Of a stretch of DNA of 64,000 bases, positions 1-11,789 are shown in pieces. A model generated the notes under the pieces. It was not told where the DNA came from. It saw nothing but the letters and a program-made list of their open reading frames with translations, and did no database searches. How positions within the stretch are numbered: position 1 is the first letter of the stretch; each line of letters starts with the position of its first letter. This stretch comes from Raillietiella orientalis (lineage: Eukaryota): positions 1 to 64,000 of the forward strand of contig JAYWIR010000019.1 of assembly GCA_036172245.1 (NCBI GenBank), in the 5' to 3' direction. The position numbers were made by a program, and so were the translations under genes.

Positions 1-3000
1 GCCAGGCTTGAAAGTTCGTTTCCGGGGGTCGGTTGTATTGGCGATGCGGCGCCCGCAACACCTGTGGGGTCGCGTTTTCCGTGAAGCCGGCCATTGACGC
101 TGCCGTGAAGGGCGTACGCTTCGATGACGACGGTCGGGTCGGTCAGCTGATTCTCAGCTGGTCCGACTCGATCGAATTGATCGTCACGAACGTGTACGCC
201 TCAAGCGGGAATGGGGGATACAGCGACCGTACCAGGTTGCTGGAAACCCTGAAGCGCGACTGGCTGGCCGATACGAACGTGCGGAAGGCACACCTGATAG
301 CTGGGGACTTTAATCTCCGTCTGCTGTCAGGTGAGCCCGAAGCACAAGAACGCACGGCCAACGAGTTGTGCGCTGCCATGCGCACGCGCAACTTGTTGGC
401 GGACGCGGAGGGAATGGACCGCAGCATCGACCACTTCTTCCTGGATGTCGAACTGTGCTCGCGGGTCGGCAAACGGGGAGAAGTTGCGTCGACGCTGTCG
501 GACCATTCCAGGTTAATCGCCGAGGTATGCCCGCGCGATAAAGGACCCCCGGCCAAGGCGTGGCGGTTGCCTGGGGACTGGACGCGGCTCTCAGGAGCGA
601 AGGAACACCTTCGCGAATTCCTGAGAGGCGTCACCCTCCGCAGTCTCAAAGATTGGGACCTTTTCAAGGCCTCGGTCCGCGAGTTCTGCGAGGAGTTCCC
701 CCTGCACCGCCTGCCCCCCGGATTTGGGGAGGGGGTTTGGAACCATAGGGCCTATTTACAGGCCCGCCGGCACGAGAGAACCCCCAATGTCCGTCGCCTG
801 GCCGAATATCGAGCCGGGGCCGAGCGCCAAGCCTGGCAATCCGGGTCGGCCAGCTTGCTGGACGACCAGGGCCGGGAGCGATCGGCCCCACCCGCGATCA
901 GGCACCTCGTGCGGCAGTATTATTCCTCCCTCTACGCTAGGGTACCCCCAGAGCGGGACGCCTCGCGGCTCCTGCTTCCGGACGGAGGCCAGGCAATAGG
1001 GGAGGAGGAGAGGATCAGCCTCGACGAGCCTTTTTCTACCGGTGAAATTCTCGCCGGTATTAAAAGGCTTAAGAGGCGTAAGGCGCAAGGGGAGGACGGA
1101 CTGCCTGCGGAATTTTTTCAATGCTTCGCGACAGAGCTGGCCCCCCTGGTGCTCCAGTTGACCGGGCTGATCCGAGACGAAGGCGACGTTCCTGCCTCGT
1201 TTCGGTCAGCCCGTGTGAGGCTCCTCCCGAAGGGAGGAGACCTGAGATCCCTAGGCAACTGGCGTCCGATCACAATTGTGAATACGGACGCCAAGCTGAT
1301 CGCTGGACTGTGGGCTTCGCGTCTAGGACAGGTGGCAGACTCCATAATTAGCCCGGAGCAGACATACGCTGTTACCGGGCGAAGTATGGATGCCAACCTG
1401 TTCTTCGCGAGCACATGGTTCCATGTGCAGAGCTGCCTGAATGAAACTGGCGGAAAGATTGGCAACCCCACTTTGGGGCCGCCAGCTGGGCTGGGAATGG
1501 ACACCCGGGCTGGGAAAGGGGCCCTAGCGATCGCGGTCGATCTCCATAAGGCGTTCGACTGCGTTGACCAGGAGCTACTGTTGGCGCTCCTGGGTCGCAT
1601 GGGCTTCCCACCCTCCCTTCTCTCCTTCCTGCGCTCCTGCTGGCGCAACGCCATAATTAACATCTGCTTTTCCAGTCAACAGGTGTACGGCGTGCCGGTG
1701 CGGCGGGGCATACGGCAGGGCGATAGCCTCAGTCCCCTGCTCTTTAGCACCTACTTTGAGTTGGTGCTGAGAGCGTACAGGGTGACTTTGGCTGCCCTGC
1801 CCAGCTCGTGCCCCGGCACGCCCGCCGTAGCAGCATACGCGGACGACCTTCTGCTCATGTTGCCCATGTCCGCCCCGGCAGCCGCAGTCGAGGATTTCTT
1901 CGACCTGCTAAGTCGTGGGACTGGACTGCGTGTAAACAAGGCGAAGTCGTCGGTCGTACCGGTGGGTGCGACGTGGGTCGGACGGCCTGACTGGATCCGC
2001 TTGGGGATCATCACGGCCAGGTACCTGAAGTACCTGGGTGTCCCGTTGGAGGACTTCTGCCTCGCAGAAGCCTGGTCAGGTCGTCTCCAGAAGGTAGAGT
2101 TGGCAATCGGACCGTTCCTGGAAGGCAAGTTCCTTCTGCCGGAACGGGCCGCGGTGTGGAGCGCCTTCGCGGCTCCCATCCTCCGCCCCCTGCTTTTTGT
2201 GTGCCCCGTCCCCCGTGACATTAAAAAGAGGACAAAAGACCTACTCCGCATCGCCCTCTGGGACAGCGGGAGGCCACGTGTGCCTCTGGATGATTTATGC
2301 ACTCCTCGTCGGGACGGCGGTCTCGGCCTCCTGCCGCTGGAGCGCCTGAAAATACAGCTGCGATGGCGCACCCTCGCCATCGCAGCAAAGACATGCAGCA
2401 CCCCTTGGTGCGCTCCGGCCCGAATCCTCGCCAGCCGTGTGTCCAGGACGCAAGGACTCGCGTCGTACCTTCTGTGCTCCGGCAGGAAGGTGAGAAGATG
2501 CGGCCTTCTTCTTGGGCGCATGGAAGCCCTGGTCAGAGACAACGGCTGGACGGTATGCAGCCCCGCCAACTCCTCCGCCTGGCTGGAGGAAACAGTTGCG
2601 ACGTGGGCCAAGCTGAACCTCCAGACTTCCCCGGACTGGAACCGCCTGCGATTCGGCCCCAACGCCCGCTGCACACTGCGGACTACTCTGGAGTGTCCCG
2701 CCAGGAGCACGTGGGCGGAGACCACCCCTCTAGCTTCGACCCTGCCCTTCCTCCGGAGGGCTTTAACCAGCGGCCGCAAGCCAAAGTGGCAAGTCTCCTG
2801 CCGAATCGCAGGCAAGGAGAAGAAGATGAGCGGTTGGACCATGGGAGAACTGGCGGATGCCACAACCCCGAGTGCTCTCCCTCGTGGACTCCGTAGATGG
2901 GGCGAGGTGCTCGGCATCCCGACGGATGACCTGAAGTGGCCCCCAATATTAATCGGATCCAGACTTCTCCCCCTTAAGTGGCAAGAGTCGGCGATGCTGC

Positions 3001-3662
3001 TGTTGCACTGGGGCCTAACCTGCAACGCGCGCCGCTTCCACTGAACGCGGGGAAGTGTAAGGCCTGAGTGTGCCAGGTGTGGGGACCGGGAATTGCTCCC
3101 CCACCTACTTGTTGACTGTGCTGCCCTCCGACCCCTGTGGGAACGGTTCGGGACGACCCTCGGGCTTAATACGGGCAGCGCGCCCAGAGACGTTCTTCGG
3201 CCCCTCTTCGTGCGGGACGCCTTGCAGCCCGCCGCAGCCCTCGCAGTCCTCTGCTGCATCCGGGGCATCGTGGCGGCCTGGAGCGACATTCGCGACGAAG
3301 GAGTGGATGCCAACGCAAGGGATGTCATCCCGTATACGGTCTGCTTCATGCGGAGAGCTGCGAGATGGCCCCATCTGGGAAGCATGAAGATGGACCTGGA
3401 GGGCATCCTGCGAAGGATGGGCCCTCCTCCCAGTGGATTGTGATCCCTTCCTCTCCCTCCAAACTCTTTTTTTTTTTTGTTTTCCTTATGTTTATTTTTC
3501 TTTTTGTTTTGATCCCTATCCCCCTCCACTGCCGAGGAGCGTCACGCCGGGCTGCGTCCCGGCGTCCCGGCAGATCCGGTGTTGTGTGGCCGTTAGTGGA
3601 ACCTCGTACCACGTTTTTGCAGAGTTTTTTTCAATAAACGCCCAGGCGTACCCGGGTGACAA
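1..3662 (+). mobile_element. Tx1/L1-clade non-LTR retrotransposon, family A (5' part outside window)
   Basis: ORF2 motifs GDFN, IDH, SDH (APE); NWRPI, DLHKAFD, GIRQGDSLSPLLF, AYADD, KYLG (RT); CxxC...HLLxxC. T-rich 3' UTR ends in AATAAA + CCCAGG-CGTAC-CCGGG hairpin at 3633-3662. Confidence 0.93.
33..3443 (+). pseudogene. ORF2 (APE endonuclease + reverse transcriptase) with one in-frame TGA at 3042-3044
   Basis: ORFs 33..3044 and 3093..3443 are in the same frame. The stop replaces the conserved W of HWTRG seen in sister copies. Confidence 0.9.
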
Positions 3663-4960
3663 CCCCAAATCCCGCAGGTAGGCGATGCAGGGGGAACTGG
3701 AAGCAGAACTCCTGGACCGACCGCTTGAAGCGGTCCCAGTCCTGAAGTGTCTGCATCCTGAAGCTACGAATAAACGCGCGGAGGTGCTCCGCCGCGTCAA
3801 GAAACTTCAGCCAGTCCCCTGGCAGACACCACGCTGACGAGGTGGGGCCCTTGTCGCGCGAACGCACTTCGAACATGATCCGACCATGGTCCGACAGCTC
3901 GGATGGTACCTTGCCGCGCCTGCCCACCCGAGAGCATAGGTGCTGATCAAGGTACACGTGATCGATGCTGCTTTCCATGGCCGTGTCCCCGGCCAACAAG
4001 TTGCGCGTGTTCATTTCTGCGCACAACTCGTTGACGCGGTCGTTCAGTGTATCCGGCGCACCTGAAAGCAGGCGTAGGTTGAAATCACCTGCGATCAGGT
4101 GCGCTTTGCGAACTCCTGCATCGGTCAGCCAATCGCGTCTCAGGGCAAAGTAGAACTTCCTTCTTGCCTTCGCCCTCAACGCGGCGTTTCCGCTAGGAGC
4201 GTATAGGTTGGTGACGACCAGGTCGATAGAGTCGGACCAGCTGAGAGTCAGCTGACCGACGCGACCTGCGTCAACGAACCGAACGTCCTTTATTGCGGTC
4301 TCGATGGCGGTGGGAAGGCAAACAAAAAGCAAGGGGCGGAGGATGGAGGCCGCTAAGGCGTTCCAAACCGCGTCCCGTTCCGGCAAGTGAAACTTTCCTT
4401 TCAGGAACGGGCCGATCGCCGTCTCGCCTTTTTGGAGGCAGCTGGACCACGCTTCCGCAGGGAACTAGTTACCCAACGGCACACCAAGGTACTTGAAGCA
4501 CCTCGCCGTGGAAATCCCCAGTCCTGCTGCCCTGCCCACGCTGCACCTATTGGCACCAAAGACGACTTTGCCCTCTTAACCTGCAGTCCGGTCCCGCGGC
4601 TGAGCAGATCGGAAAAGTCACCCTGTACGCTCTTGCCGGGGTGGACATTGGCAACAAGAGCAGCAGATCGTCGGCGTACGCTGCTACGGCGAGCGTGCCG
4701 GGGCACGAGCTCGGCAATGAAGCCAAAGTCCCCCTGTACGCTCTCAGCACCAACTCAAAGTAGGTGCTGAAGAGCAGGGGGCTGAGGCTATCTCCCTGCC
4801 TTATGCCCCGCCACACCGGCACGCCATACACCTTGTGACCGCTGAAAGAGACGGTAATCATCGCATTCCGCCACCAAGAGCGCAGGTAGGAAATCAAAGA
4901 GGTTGGGAAGCCCAGGCGACCCAGAAGCTTCAAGAGGAGTTCCTGGTCTACACAGTCGAA
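3663..4960 (-). mobile_element. Rearranged family A ORF2 fragments (RT piece 4310-4960 joined to APE piece 3663-4310)
   Basis: GIRQGDSLSPLLF/AYADD in 4547..4933(-); GDFN/IDH/SDH in 3631..4386(-); frameshifts. Confidence 0.85.
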
Positions 4961-4976
4961 CGCCTTGCGTGCTCCA

Positions 4977-7900
4977 GGGTGGACGTGTTTTCTCGGTGCT
5001 CCTCGTGCCAGGAAGTCTCCCCCAGTGCAAGAGTCGTGTGGTTCGGTGGTCGATCAGGCAGCGATGCCTGACGCGACCACCAGGGATGGCCAGGGGGCAG
5101 CGGCAACGCCGTCCCCAGAGGCGATGGAGAGCCAGGGGGCGGCGGCAACGTCGCCCATAGAGGCGATGGAGGTGGGGGCATCCGCCCCCACAGAATCAAT
5201 CCCCGCCTCAGCGCGGGCGTAAAGCGCCGTTGTGTCGGCGCCATCGCCTGCACCCGCGGCGGAATTGTCGGCCTATGTAGAAGAGGGGTACAACCCCTCA
5301 TTGTTCTACAAGGTAGGCAATGTATATTCTTTAGAGAGCGCGCGCGCCTTCTCGAAAGGCATGCGCGCTCTCGATGTGAAAGAGGAGGAGCTCAGCGCTA
5401 TGACCATCCGCAGCGGGGGTCAGTACGTTGAGGTCATTTGCAATCATGCAGAGCTGGCCCAACGACTGCTTAGAACCCCCGTTGTGATGGGGACGCGCAG
5501 GCTCCTCCCCACTACGGCGGACCGCATAATGGTGGTCCACCTGTTAGGCGTAATTGCGCGAATGCGCAAAGAACAGGTTCGCGCCGCTTTGGAACAGTTC
5601 GGAACGGTCCACGCGCAGTAAACGAAAGTAAGTCCTTTCGAGGACTACACGGGGCTGCAACACGGCCTCAGTGCTGCGCGCGTGACCGTTCGGGAGGGCT
5701 GCACTCTTCCCCACAAACTGGTGGTCGAAGGCGAAACTGTCGACCTCTGGTATGTGGGAAAACCGAAATACTGTGGCTTCTGCAATACGTCGGGCCACCT
5801 CAAAAAGAGGTGTCCCAACGTGCAGTGCCAAGTATGCGGAACCATGGGACACACGAGAGAGGTGTGCCCTAAAGCGGCAGTGCGGGTGGTTTCCAAGAGA
5901 AACCTTAAAAAACGTGCCCGGCATCTGAAGAAAAGGCTGGCGGCGAAAGCTGCCGCGAAGGGTGTGCCACCCGCGCCCAAGGCCCAGGCCGCACCCGAGA
6001 CCCCGGCGAACAATGCCGAACAAATCGAGGGAAGAAGCCAGGAGCCTGGGTGGCAGGTGGCTACGGCCAAAAAATCAAAGAAGGAGAGGAGGATGGAGAA
6101 AAAGCTCGCGTATCGCCAGAAAAAACAGCAGGCAAGCGAGCAAATTAAAGAATGCAGCGTTGTCGTCGGGCGTATTCCCGACCGCTGCGAAAAAGAACTC
6201 GCCACAACCGACGACCACCCCTCTGTTGACTCTGTCAACAGCGAGGGGAGCGAGCCGGCGGCGGCGTCCGTCATCGACACCACCATCGATGACGTAGCCT
6301 TCGCGCGAGCCGCGGAGGAGCTGGCAGCCTCGTTGCAGCCAGAACCCTCCAAGGCTGGCAAGAAGGCCGTAAGGCGCCCGGCCTCCCCTCAGGAGTTCCC
6401 CACTTCCGACCCTGAGGTGGAGGCCGGAATTGCAGCCTCCGTTTCCACGGCACCGCGCAAGAAGGCTGGACGTAAGTCCACAAAGCCAAGGAAGCTCGTC
6501 TCCCCCGTCGAAGAAGAAGAGATGGCTTCCGCAAGCGAGGGTGCCATGAGCGTGGGAAACTCTCGGGACCCGTCGCCCGAGAGACTCCCACGCGCGGACA
6601 CGGAGGGGATGGAGGGAATGGAGGCCGAACAGGTGCCTCAGGTGCCTGAGAAGGCCGAAACCCCCATGGACATCCCGCCCGCCTCGCAAGAGGCGGGCTC
6701 CCCCACACCTTAATCTTCCCAGCAGTAATGCCGGGAATCTCCTCCCGCCGTCGTCTGCGCATCGCCGTTTGGAACGTGAACGGCATGACAGACTCCGGCA
6801 GGAGACGAGACATGGCCGCCCTTCTGGAGTCCTACGACCTTGCGCTGCTGCAGGAGATCCACGTGATCTCTGCAGAACAAGCGCAAGACATCGAACGGAT
6901 CTCCGGAGGGCGGCTATGGTACAGGTGTGGGAGAGCGAAAAGTTGCGGTGTCGCCTACCTGCTTCGGCCAGCCGTCGAGACCGCGGCTCGGGGCGTGCGG
7001 TTAGACGATCACGGTCGTGTCGGCCAGCTGACTCTAAGGTGGTCATACTCGATCGATCTGATCGTGACGAACGTGTACGCACCGAGCGGCGCGGACCTGA
7101 TGACCAGGAGGCCGAGGAAAGAGTTTTTCCTTGCCCTCCGGCGAGACTGGCTGACCGAAGCAGGCGTGCGGAATGCGCATCTGGTTGCAGGCGATTTCAA
7201 CGTTCGCCTGAAACCAGATGGGCAGAATCGCGAGCGTGACCTGGTCAACGAGGTGTGCATGGCGGTGCACACCTGTAATTTGTTAGCCAGTGCACCAGGG
7301 ATGGAAGACAGCATTGACCACGAGTTTCTTGACGAGCACCTGTGGCCTCGCGTGGGCAGGCGTGGCAAGTTACCGTGCGAGCTGTCCGACCATCGCCCAC
7401 TAGTCCTCGAGATCCATCCGCGCGACAGGGGCCCCCCCTCGTCAGCGTGGCGGCTCCCAGGAAACTGGCTGAAGCTCCCGGACGCGGCGGAACATCTCCG
7501 CACGTTCATACGGAGCTTCGGGCTGCGGACACTCCAGGATTGGGACCGCTTCAAGCGGTTGGTCCAGGAGTTCTGCGACCAGTTCCCTCTGCACTGTTTA
7601 CCTACGGGTTTTGGGACCGGGGTCCGTAACGAACGAGCCTACCTGCAGGCCCGTCGTTACGCCAGGACCCCCGACATCCGCAGGCTGGCGGAATACAAAG
7701 CGGGAGCCGAGAGGCAAGCCTGGCAGTCCGGATGGGCCAGCTTGCTGGACGACCAGGGCCGGGAGCACTCGGCTCCGGCTAGAATACGGCAATTCGTGCG
7801 GCGTTATTATTCCTCCCTTTACGCCAGGGCGCCTCCGGAGCAAGATGCCTCTCGGCGCTTGCTTCCGAGCGGTGCCCCGGCAATAGGGGATGAGGAGAAG

Positions 7901-8189
7901 GAAAGCCTTGACGAGCCTTTTACCATTGGCGAAGTTCTTGCCGGTATCAAAAGGCTCAAGAGGCGGAAAGCACCAGGGGAGGACGGCTTGCCCGCAGAGT
8001 TCTTCCAGTGCTTCGCGGAAGAGCTGGCCCCCCTGGTGCTTCAGTTGACCAGGCTGATCCGAGACGAAGGCGATGTTCCCGCCTCGTTTCGGTCAGCCAG
8101 AGTGAGGCTCCTTCCGAAAGGGGGAGACCTCAGGGAGTTAAAGAACTGGCGTCCAATCACGATCGTGAATACGGACGCCAAGTTGATAG
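4977..8189 (+). mobile_element. Family A element, 5' half (ORF1 pseudogene 5064-6713; ORF2 6728-8189), interrupted at NTDAKL
   Basis: 5' end motif GGACGTGTTTT. Two CX2CX4HX4C knuckles in 5682..6713. WNVNG/LQE/GDFN/SDH in 6728..8203. Confidence 0.9.
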
Positions 8190-8621
8190 TTGCCACCCGG
8201 TAACGCCGGGGAGTTTATTGAAAAATTCTCCATAATTGTGGTAGAAGGCCCCACTACGGCCAAGACAACTGATCCTGCCGGGTTGCCGATACGCAGATCG
8301 GCGGGACTCACCTCGGCAGCGGAAGGGGGTGGGGGGAAAAACAAAAAGAAAAATAAAACATAAAAAAAAAAAACAAAAAGATTTTGGTGGGCGGGGAAGG
8401 GATCACGGTCCACTGCGAGGAGAATCCATCCTTTCCAGGATGCCCTCCAGGTCCGTCCGTATTCTTCCCAGATGTGGCCATCTGGTCGCAATCCGCAGGT
8501 AGCGGACTGCAAGTTCGACGGCATCCCTTTCGTGGCTCGGTCTTCCGACGTCACTCCAGCACGTCACAATCCCACGGACGCAGCAAAGTGCAGCCAGGGC
8601 AGCGGCTGGTCGCAGGGCATC

Positions 8622-11600
8622 CTACACGAACAGAAGCCGAAAAACGTCTCTGGGCTGGCTGCCCTCCTGGATGCGTAGGGAGGCACGAAGACGTTCCCAC
8701 AGGGGCCGGAGGGCAGCACAATCAATAAGGAGGTGGGGGAGGGTTTCCCGCTCTCCGCACCTGATGCACTCGGGATTCACTCGACCCCTGGTCCAGTGGT
8801 GGCGGCGTGCGTTGCAGGTGAGGCCCCGATGCAACAGCAGAAGTGCTGACTCCTGCCACTTCAGGGGGAGGATCCTCGATCCAATCAATACTGGGGGCCA
8901 CTTCAGTTCATCCGTCTGGATGTCGAGCAGCTCGCCCCATCTCAGGAGTCCACGCGGAAGGACACTTCGGGTCGTGGCGTCAACCAGCTGCCCCGTGGTC
9001 CAACCGCTCATTTGCTTCTCTTTGCCTGCGATACGGCAGGAGACTTGCCACCTAGGCTGGCGGCTGCTGGAGAGCGCCCTCCTCAGGAAGGGCAACGCCG
9101 TTGCTGTGGGGGTTGTCTCCGCCCACGTGCTTCTCGCGGGACACTGGAGTATCTTCCGGAGAGTGCAGCTTGAATAGGCGCCGCATCGCAGGCAGTTCCA
9201 CATCTCTGAGTTCTGCTCTTTGATCTTCGCCCACGTGCCAGCGGTCTCCTCCAGCCATGCGGAGGAGTTGGCGGGGCTGCATTCCATCCAGCCGTTTTCC
9301 TTTGCCAGGGTTGCCATGCGTCCCAGGAGGAGTCCGCATCTCTTGATCTTCGAGCCGCGGCACAGAAGATGAGACGCGAGACCCTCCGTTCCGGATACAC
9401 GGCTAACAAGGAGTCGGGCCGGAACGCACCATGGGGTGCTCCATAATTTCGCTGCGACGGCCAGGGTGCGCCATCGCAGCTGGATTTCTACTCTCTCCAC
9501 CGTCAAGAGGCCCAGACCGCCATCCCGACGTGGAGCACACAAGTCCTTCAACTGGACTCGGAGCCTCCCTCTTCCCCAAAGGGGAATCCTCAGGAGGTCC
9601 TTCGTCCTTTTTTTCATGTCTCTGGGGACGGGGCAAACAAAAAGCAGGGGGCGAAGGATGGGAGCCGCAAAGGAGTTCCACACCGCGGCCCGTTCCGGAA
9701 GCAGGAAGTTGTCATCCAAGAACGGGCCGATCGCCGTTTCCACTTTTCGGAGGCAGCCGGACCACGCATCCGAAGGGGAGTAATCCCCCAACGGCACCCC
9801 GAGGTACTTCAAGCACCTCGCCGAGGGGATCCCCAAACGGACCCAGTCCTGCTGCCCAGCCCACGTCGCACCGAATGGCACCACCGACGACTTCGCCTTG
9901 TTAACCTGCAGTCCGGTTCCGCGGTTAAGCAGGTGGAAGAAATCCTCGACTGCCTTTGCCGGGGTGGACATCGGCAACAAGAGCAGAAGATCGTCGGCGT
10001 ACGCTGCTACGGCGGGCGTGCCGGGGCACGAGCTCGGCAAGGGGGCCAACGTCACCCTATACGCTCTCAGCACCAACTCAAAGTAGGTGCTAAAGAGCAG
10101 GGGACTGAGGCTGTCGCCCTGCCGTATGCCCCGCCGTACCGGCACGCCGTACGCCATTTGACCTCTGAAAGAGATATTGATCAGCGCGCTGCGCCAGCAA
10201 GAGCGCAGGTAGGTCAGTAGGGAGGGAGGGAAGCCCATGCGTCCCAGGAGCTCCAGCAGGAGATCCTGGTCCACGCAGCCAAACGCTTTATGCAGATCGA
10301 CTGCGATCGCTAGGGCTCCCTTCCCCACCTGGGAGTCCTGTCCCTGCCCGTCTGACACCCCCAAAGCGGGGCTGCCAATCCTTCCCTCTTCCTTTTCTTC
10401 ACTACTCTGCACATGAAACCATGTGCTCGCGAAGAAGAGGTTGGCCTCCATACTTCGCCCGGGAACAGCGTAATTCTGCTCCGGGCTAATTACGGAATTG
10501 GCCACCTGCCCCAGACGCGAAGTCCACAGTCCGGCGATCAGCTTGGCGTCCGTGTTCACAATTGTGATCGGACGCCAGTTGCTGAGTTTCCTGAGGTCTC
10601 CTCCTTTCGGAAGGAGCCTCACTCTGGCTGACCGAAACGAGGCGGGTACATCGCCTTCATCTCGGATCAGCCTTGTCAACTCAAGCACCAGGGGTGCCAA
10701 CTCTGCCGCGAAGCATTGAAAAAACTCCGCAGGCAGGCCGTCCTCCCCTGGTGCTTTCCGCCTCTTGAGCCTTTTGATACCGGCGAGAACTTCGCCGGTG
10801 GTAAAAGGCTCGTCGAGGCTTTCCTTCTCCTCCTCCCCTATTGCCGGGGCACCGCTCGGAAGCAAGCGCCGAGAGGCATCTTGGTCCGGGGGCGCCCTGG
10901 AGTAAAGGGAGAAATAATAACGCCGCACGAGGTGCCGTATTCTAGCCGGAGCCGAGTGCTCCCGGCCCTGGTCGTCCAGCAAGCTGGCCGATCCGGATTG
11001 CCAGGCTTGACGTTCGACCCCGGCTCGGTACTCTGCCAGGCGACGGACATTGGGGGTCCTCTCGTACCGGCGGGCCTGTAAATAGGCCCTATGGTTCCGA
11101 GCCCTCTCCCCAAATCCGGGGGGCAGGCGGTGCAGGGGGAACTCCTCGGAGAACTCGCGGACCGAGGCCTTGAAGAGGTCCCAATCTTTGCGACTGCGGA
11201 GGGTGACGCCTCTCAGGAATTCGCGAAGGTGTTCCTTCGCACCTGAGAGGCGCGTCCAGTCCCCAGGCAATCGCCACGCCCTGGACGAGGGTCCCTTGTC
11301 GCGCGGGCACACCTCGAATATCAATCTGGAATGGTCAGACAGTTCCGACGCAACTTTCCCCCGTTTGCCGACCCGCGAGCACAGGTCGACGTCCAGGAAA
11401 ACGTGGTCGATGCTGCTGACCATTTCCGGGAGTTCCCCTAACAATTTGCGCGTGCGCATGGCAGCGCACAACTCGTTGGCCGTGCGTTCCTGTGTGCGTG
11501 GCTCACCTGATAGCAGGCGGAGATTGAAGTCTCCCGCTATCAGGTGAGCCACGCGCACGTTCGCTTCCACCAGCCAGTCGTGCTTCAGGCTTTCCAGGAA

Positions 11601-11756
11601 CGCCGCGCGTTCCCGGTACCTGTTATAACCGCTCGGGGCGTATACGTTTGTTACGACGAGGTCGATCGTGTCGGACCATCTGAGAATCAGCTGGCCGACA
11701 CGACCGGCTTCGTCGAAGCGCACGCCCTTCACGGCAGCGTCGACCGCCGGCTTCAT
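8622..11756 (-). CDS. Family A ORF2 body (APE, RT, C-terminal zinc finger); N-terminus separated by an insertion
   Basis: 1044-aa ORF with all APE/RT motifs and ECIRCGERETLPHLLIDC. Confidence 0.9.
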   Translation of the reverse strand: MKPAVDAAVKGVRFDEAGRVGQLILRWSDTIDLVVTNVYAPSGYNRYRERAAFLESLKHDWLVEANVRVAHLIAGDFNLRLLSGEPRTQERTANELCAAMRTRKLLGELPEMVSSIDHVFLDVDLCSRVGKRGKVASELSDHSRLIFEVCPRDKGPSSRAWRLPGDWTRLSGAKEHLREFLRGVTLRSRKDWDLFKASVREFSEEFPLHRLPPGFGERARNHRAYLQARRYERTPNVRRLAEYRAGVERQAWQSGSASLLDDQGREHSAPARIRHLVRRYYFSLYSRAPPDQDASRRLLPSGAPAIGEEEKESLDEPFTTGEVLAGIKRLKRRKAPGEDGLPAEFFQCFAAELAPLVLELTRLIRDEGDVPASFRSARVRLLPKGGDLRKLSNWRPITIVNTDAKLIAGLWTSRLGQVANSVISPEQNYAVPGRSMEANLFFASTWFHVQSSEEKEEGRIGSPALGVSDGQGQDSQVGKGALAIAVDLHKAFGCVDQDLLLELLGRMGFPPSLLTYLRSCWRSALINISFRGQMAYGVPVRRGIRQGDSLSPLLFSTYFELVLRAYRVTLAPLPSSCPGTPAVAAYADDLLLLLPMSTPAKAVEDFFHLLNRGTGLQVNKAKSSVVPFGATWAGQQDWVRLGIPSARCLKYLGVPLGDYSPSDAWSGCLRKVETAIGPFLDDNFLLPERAAVWNSFAAPILRPLLFVCPVPRDMKKRTKDLLRIPLWGRGRLRVQLKDLCAPRRDGGLGLLTVERVEIQLRWRTLAVAAKLWSTPWCVPARLLVSRVSGTEGLASHLLCRGSKIKRCGLLLGRMATLAKENGWMECSPANSSAWLEETAGTWAKIKEQNSEMWNCLRCGAYSSCTLRKILQCPARSTWAETTPTATALPFLRRALSSSRQPRWQVSCRIAGKEKQMSGWTTGQLVDATTRSVLPRGLLRWGELLDIQTDELKWPPVLIGSRILPLKWQESALLLLHRGLTCNARRHHWTRGRVNPECIRCGERETLPHLLIDCAALRPLWERLRASLRIQEGSQPRDVFRLLFV

Positions 11757-11789
11757 GGAAAACGCGACGCCGCAGGTGTATCGGGTGCC

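Noticed and set aside
1830..1850. YADD RT motif suggesting a group II intron, retron or DGR
   Set aside because: The RT is fused to an APE endonuclease and preceded by a zinc-knuckle ORF1, which is non-LTR L1/Tx1 architecture.
1751..3529. Long antisense and alternate-frame ORFs (e.g. 592 aa here, 13296..14699, 24960..25886, 39258..40172)
   Set aside because: Shadow ORFs of GC-rich sequence with no recognisable motifs.
3520..3605. Twister or hammerhead ribozyme in the family A 3' UTR
   Set aside because: It lacks the twister L1/L4 conserved residues and the hammerhead GAAA. Kept only as an unexplained structure.
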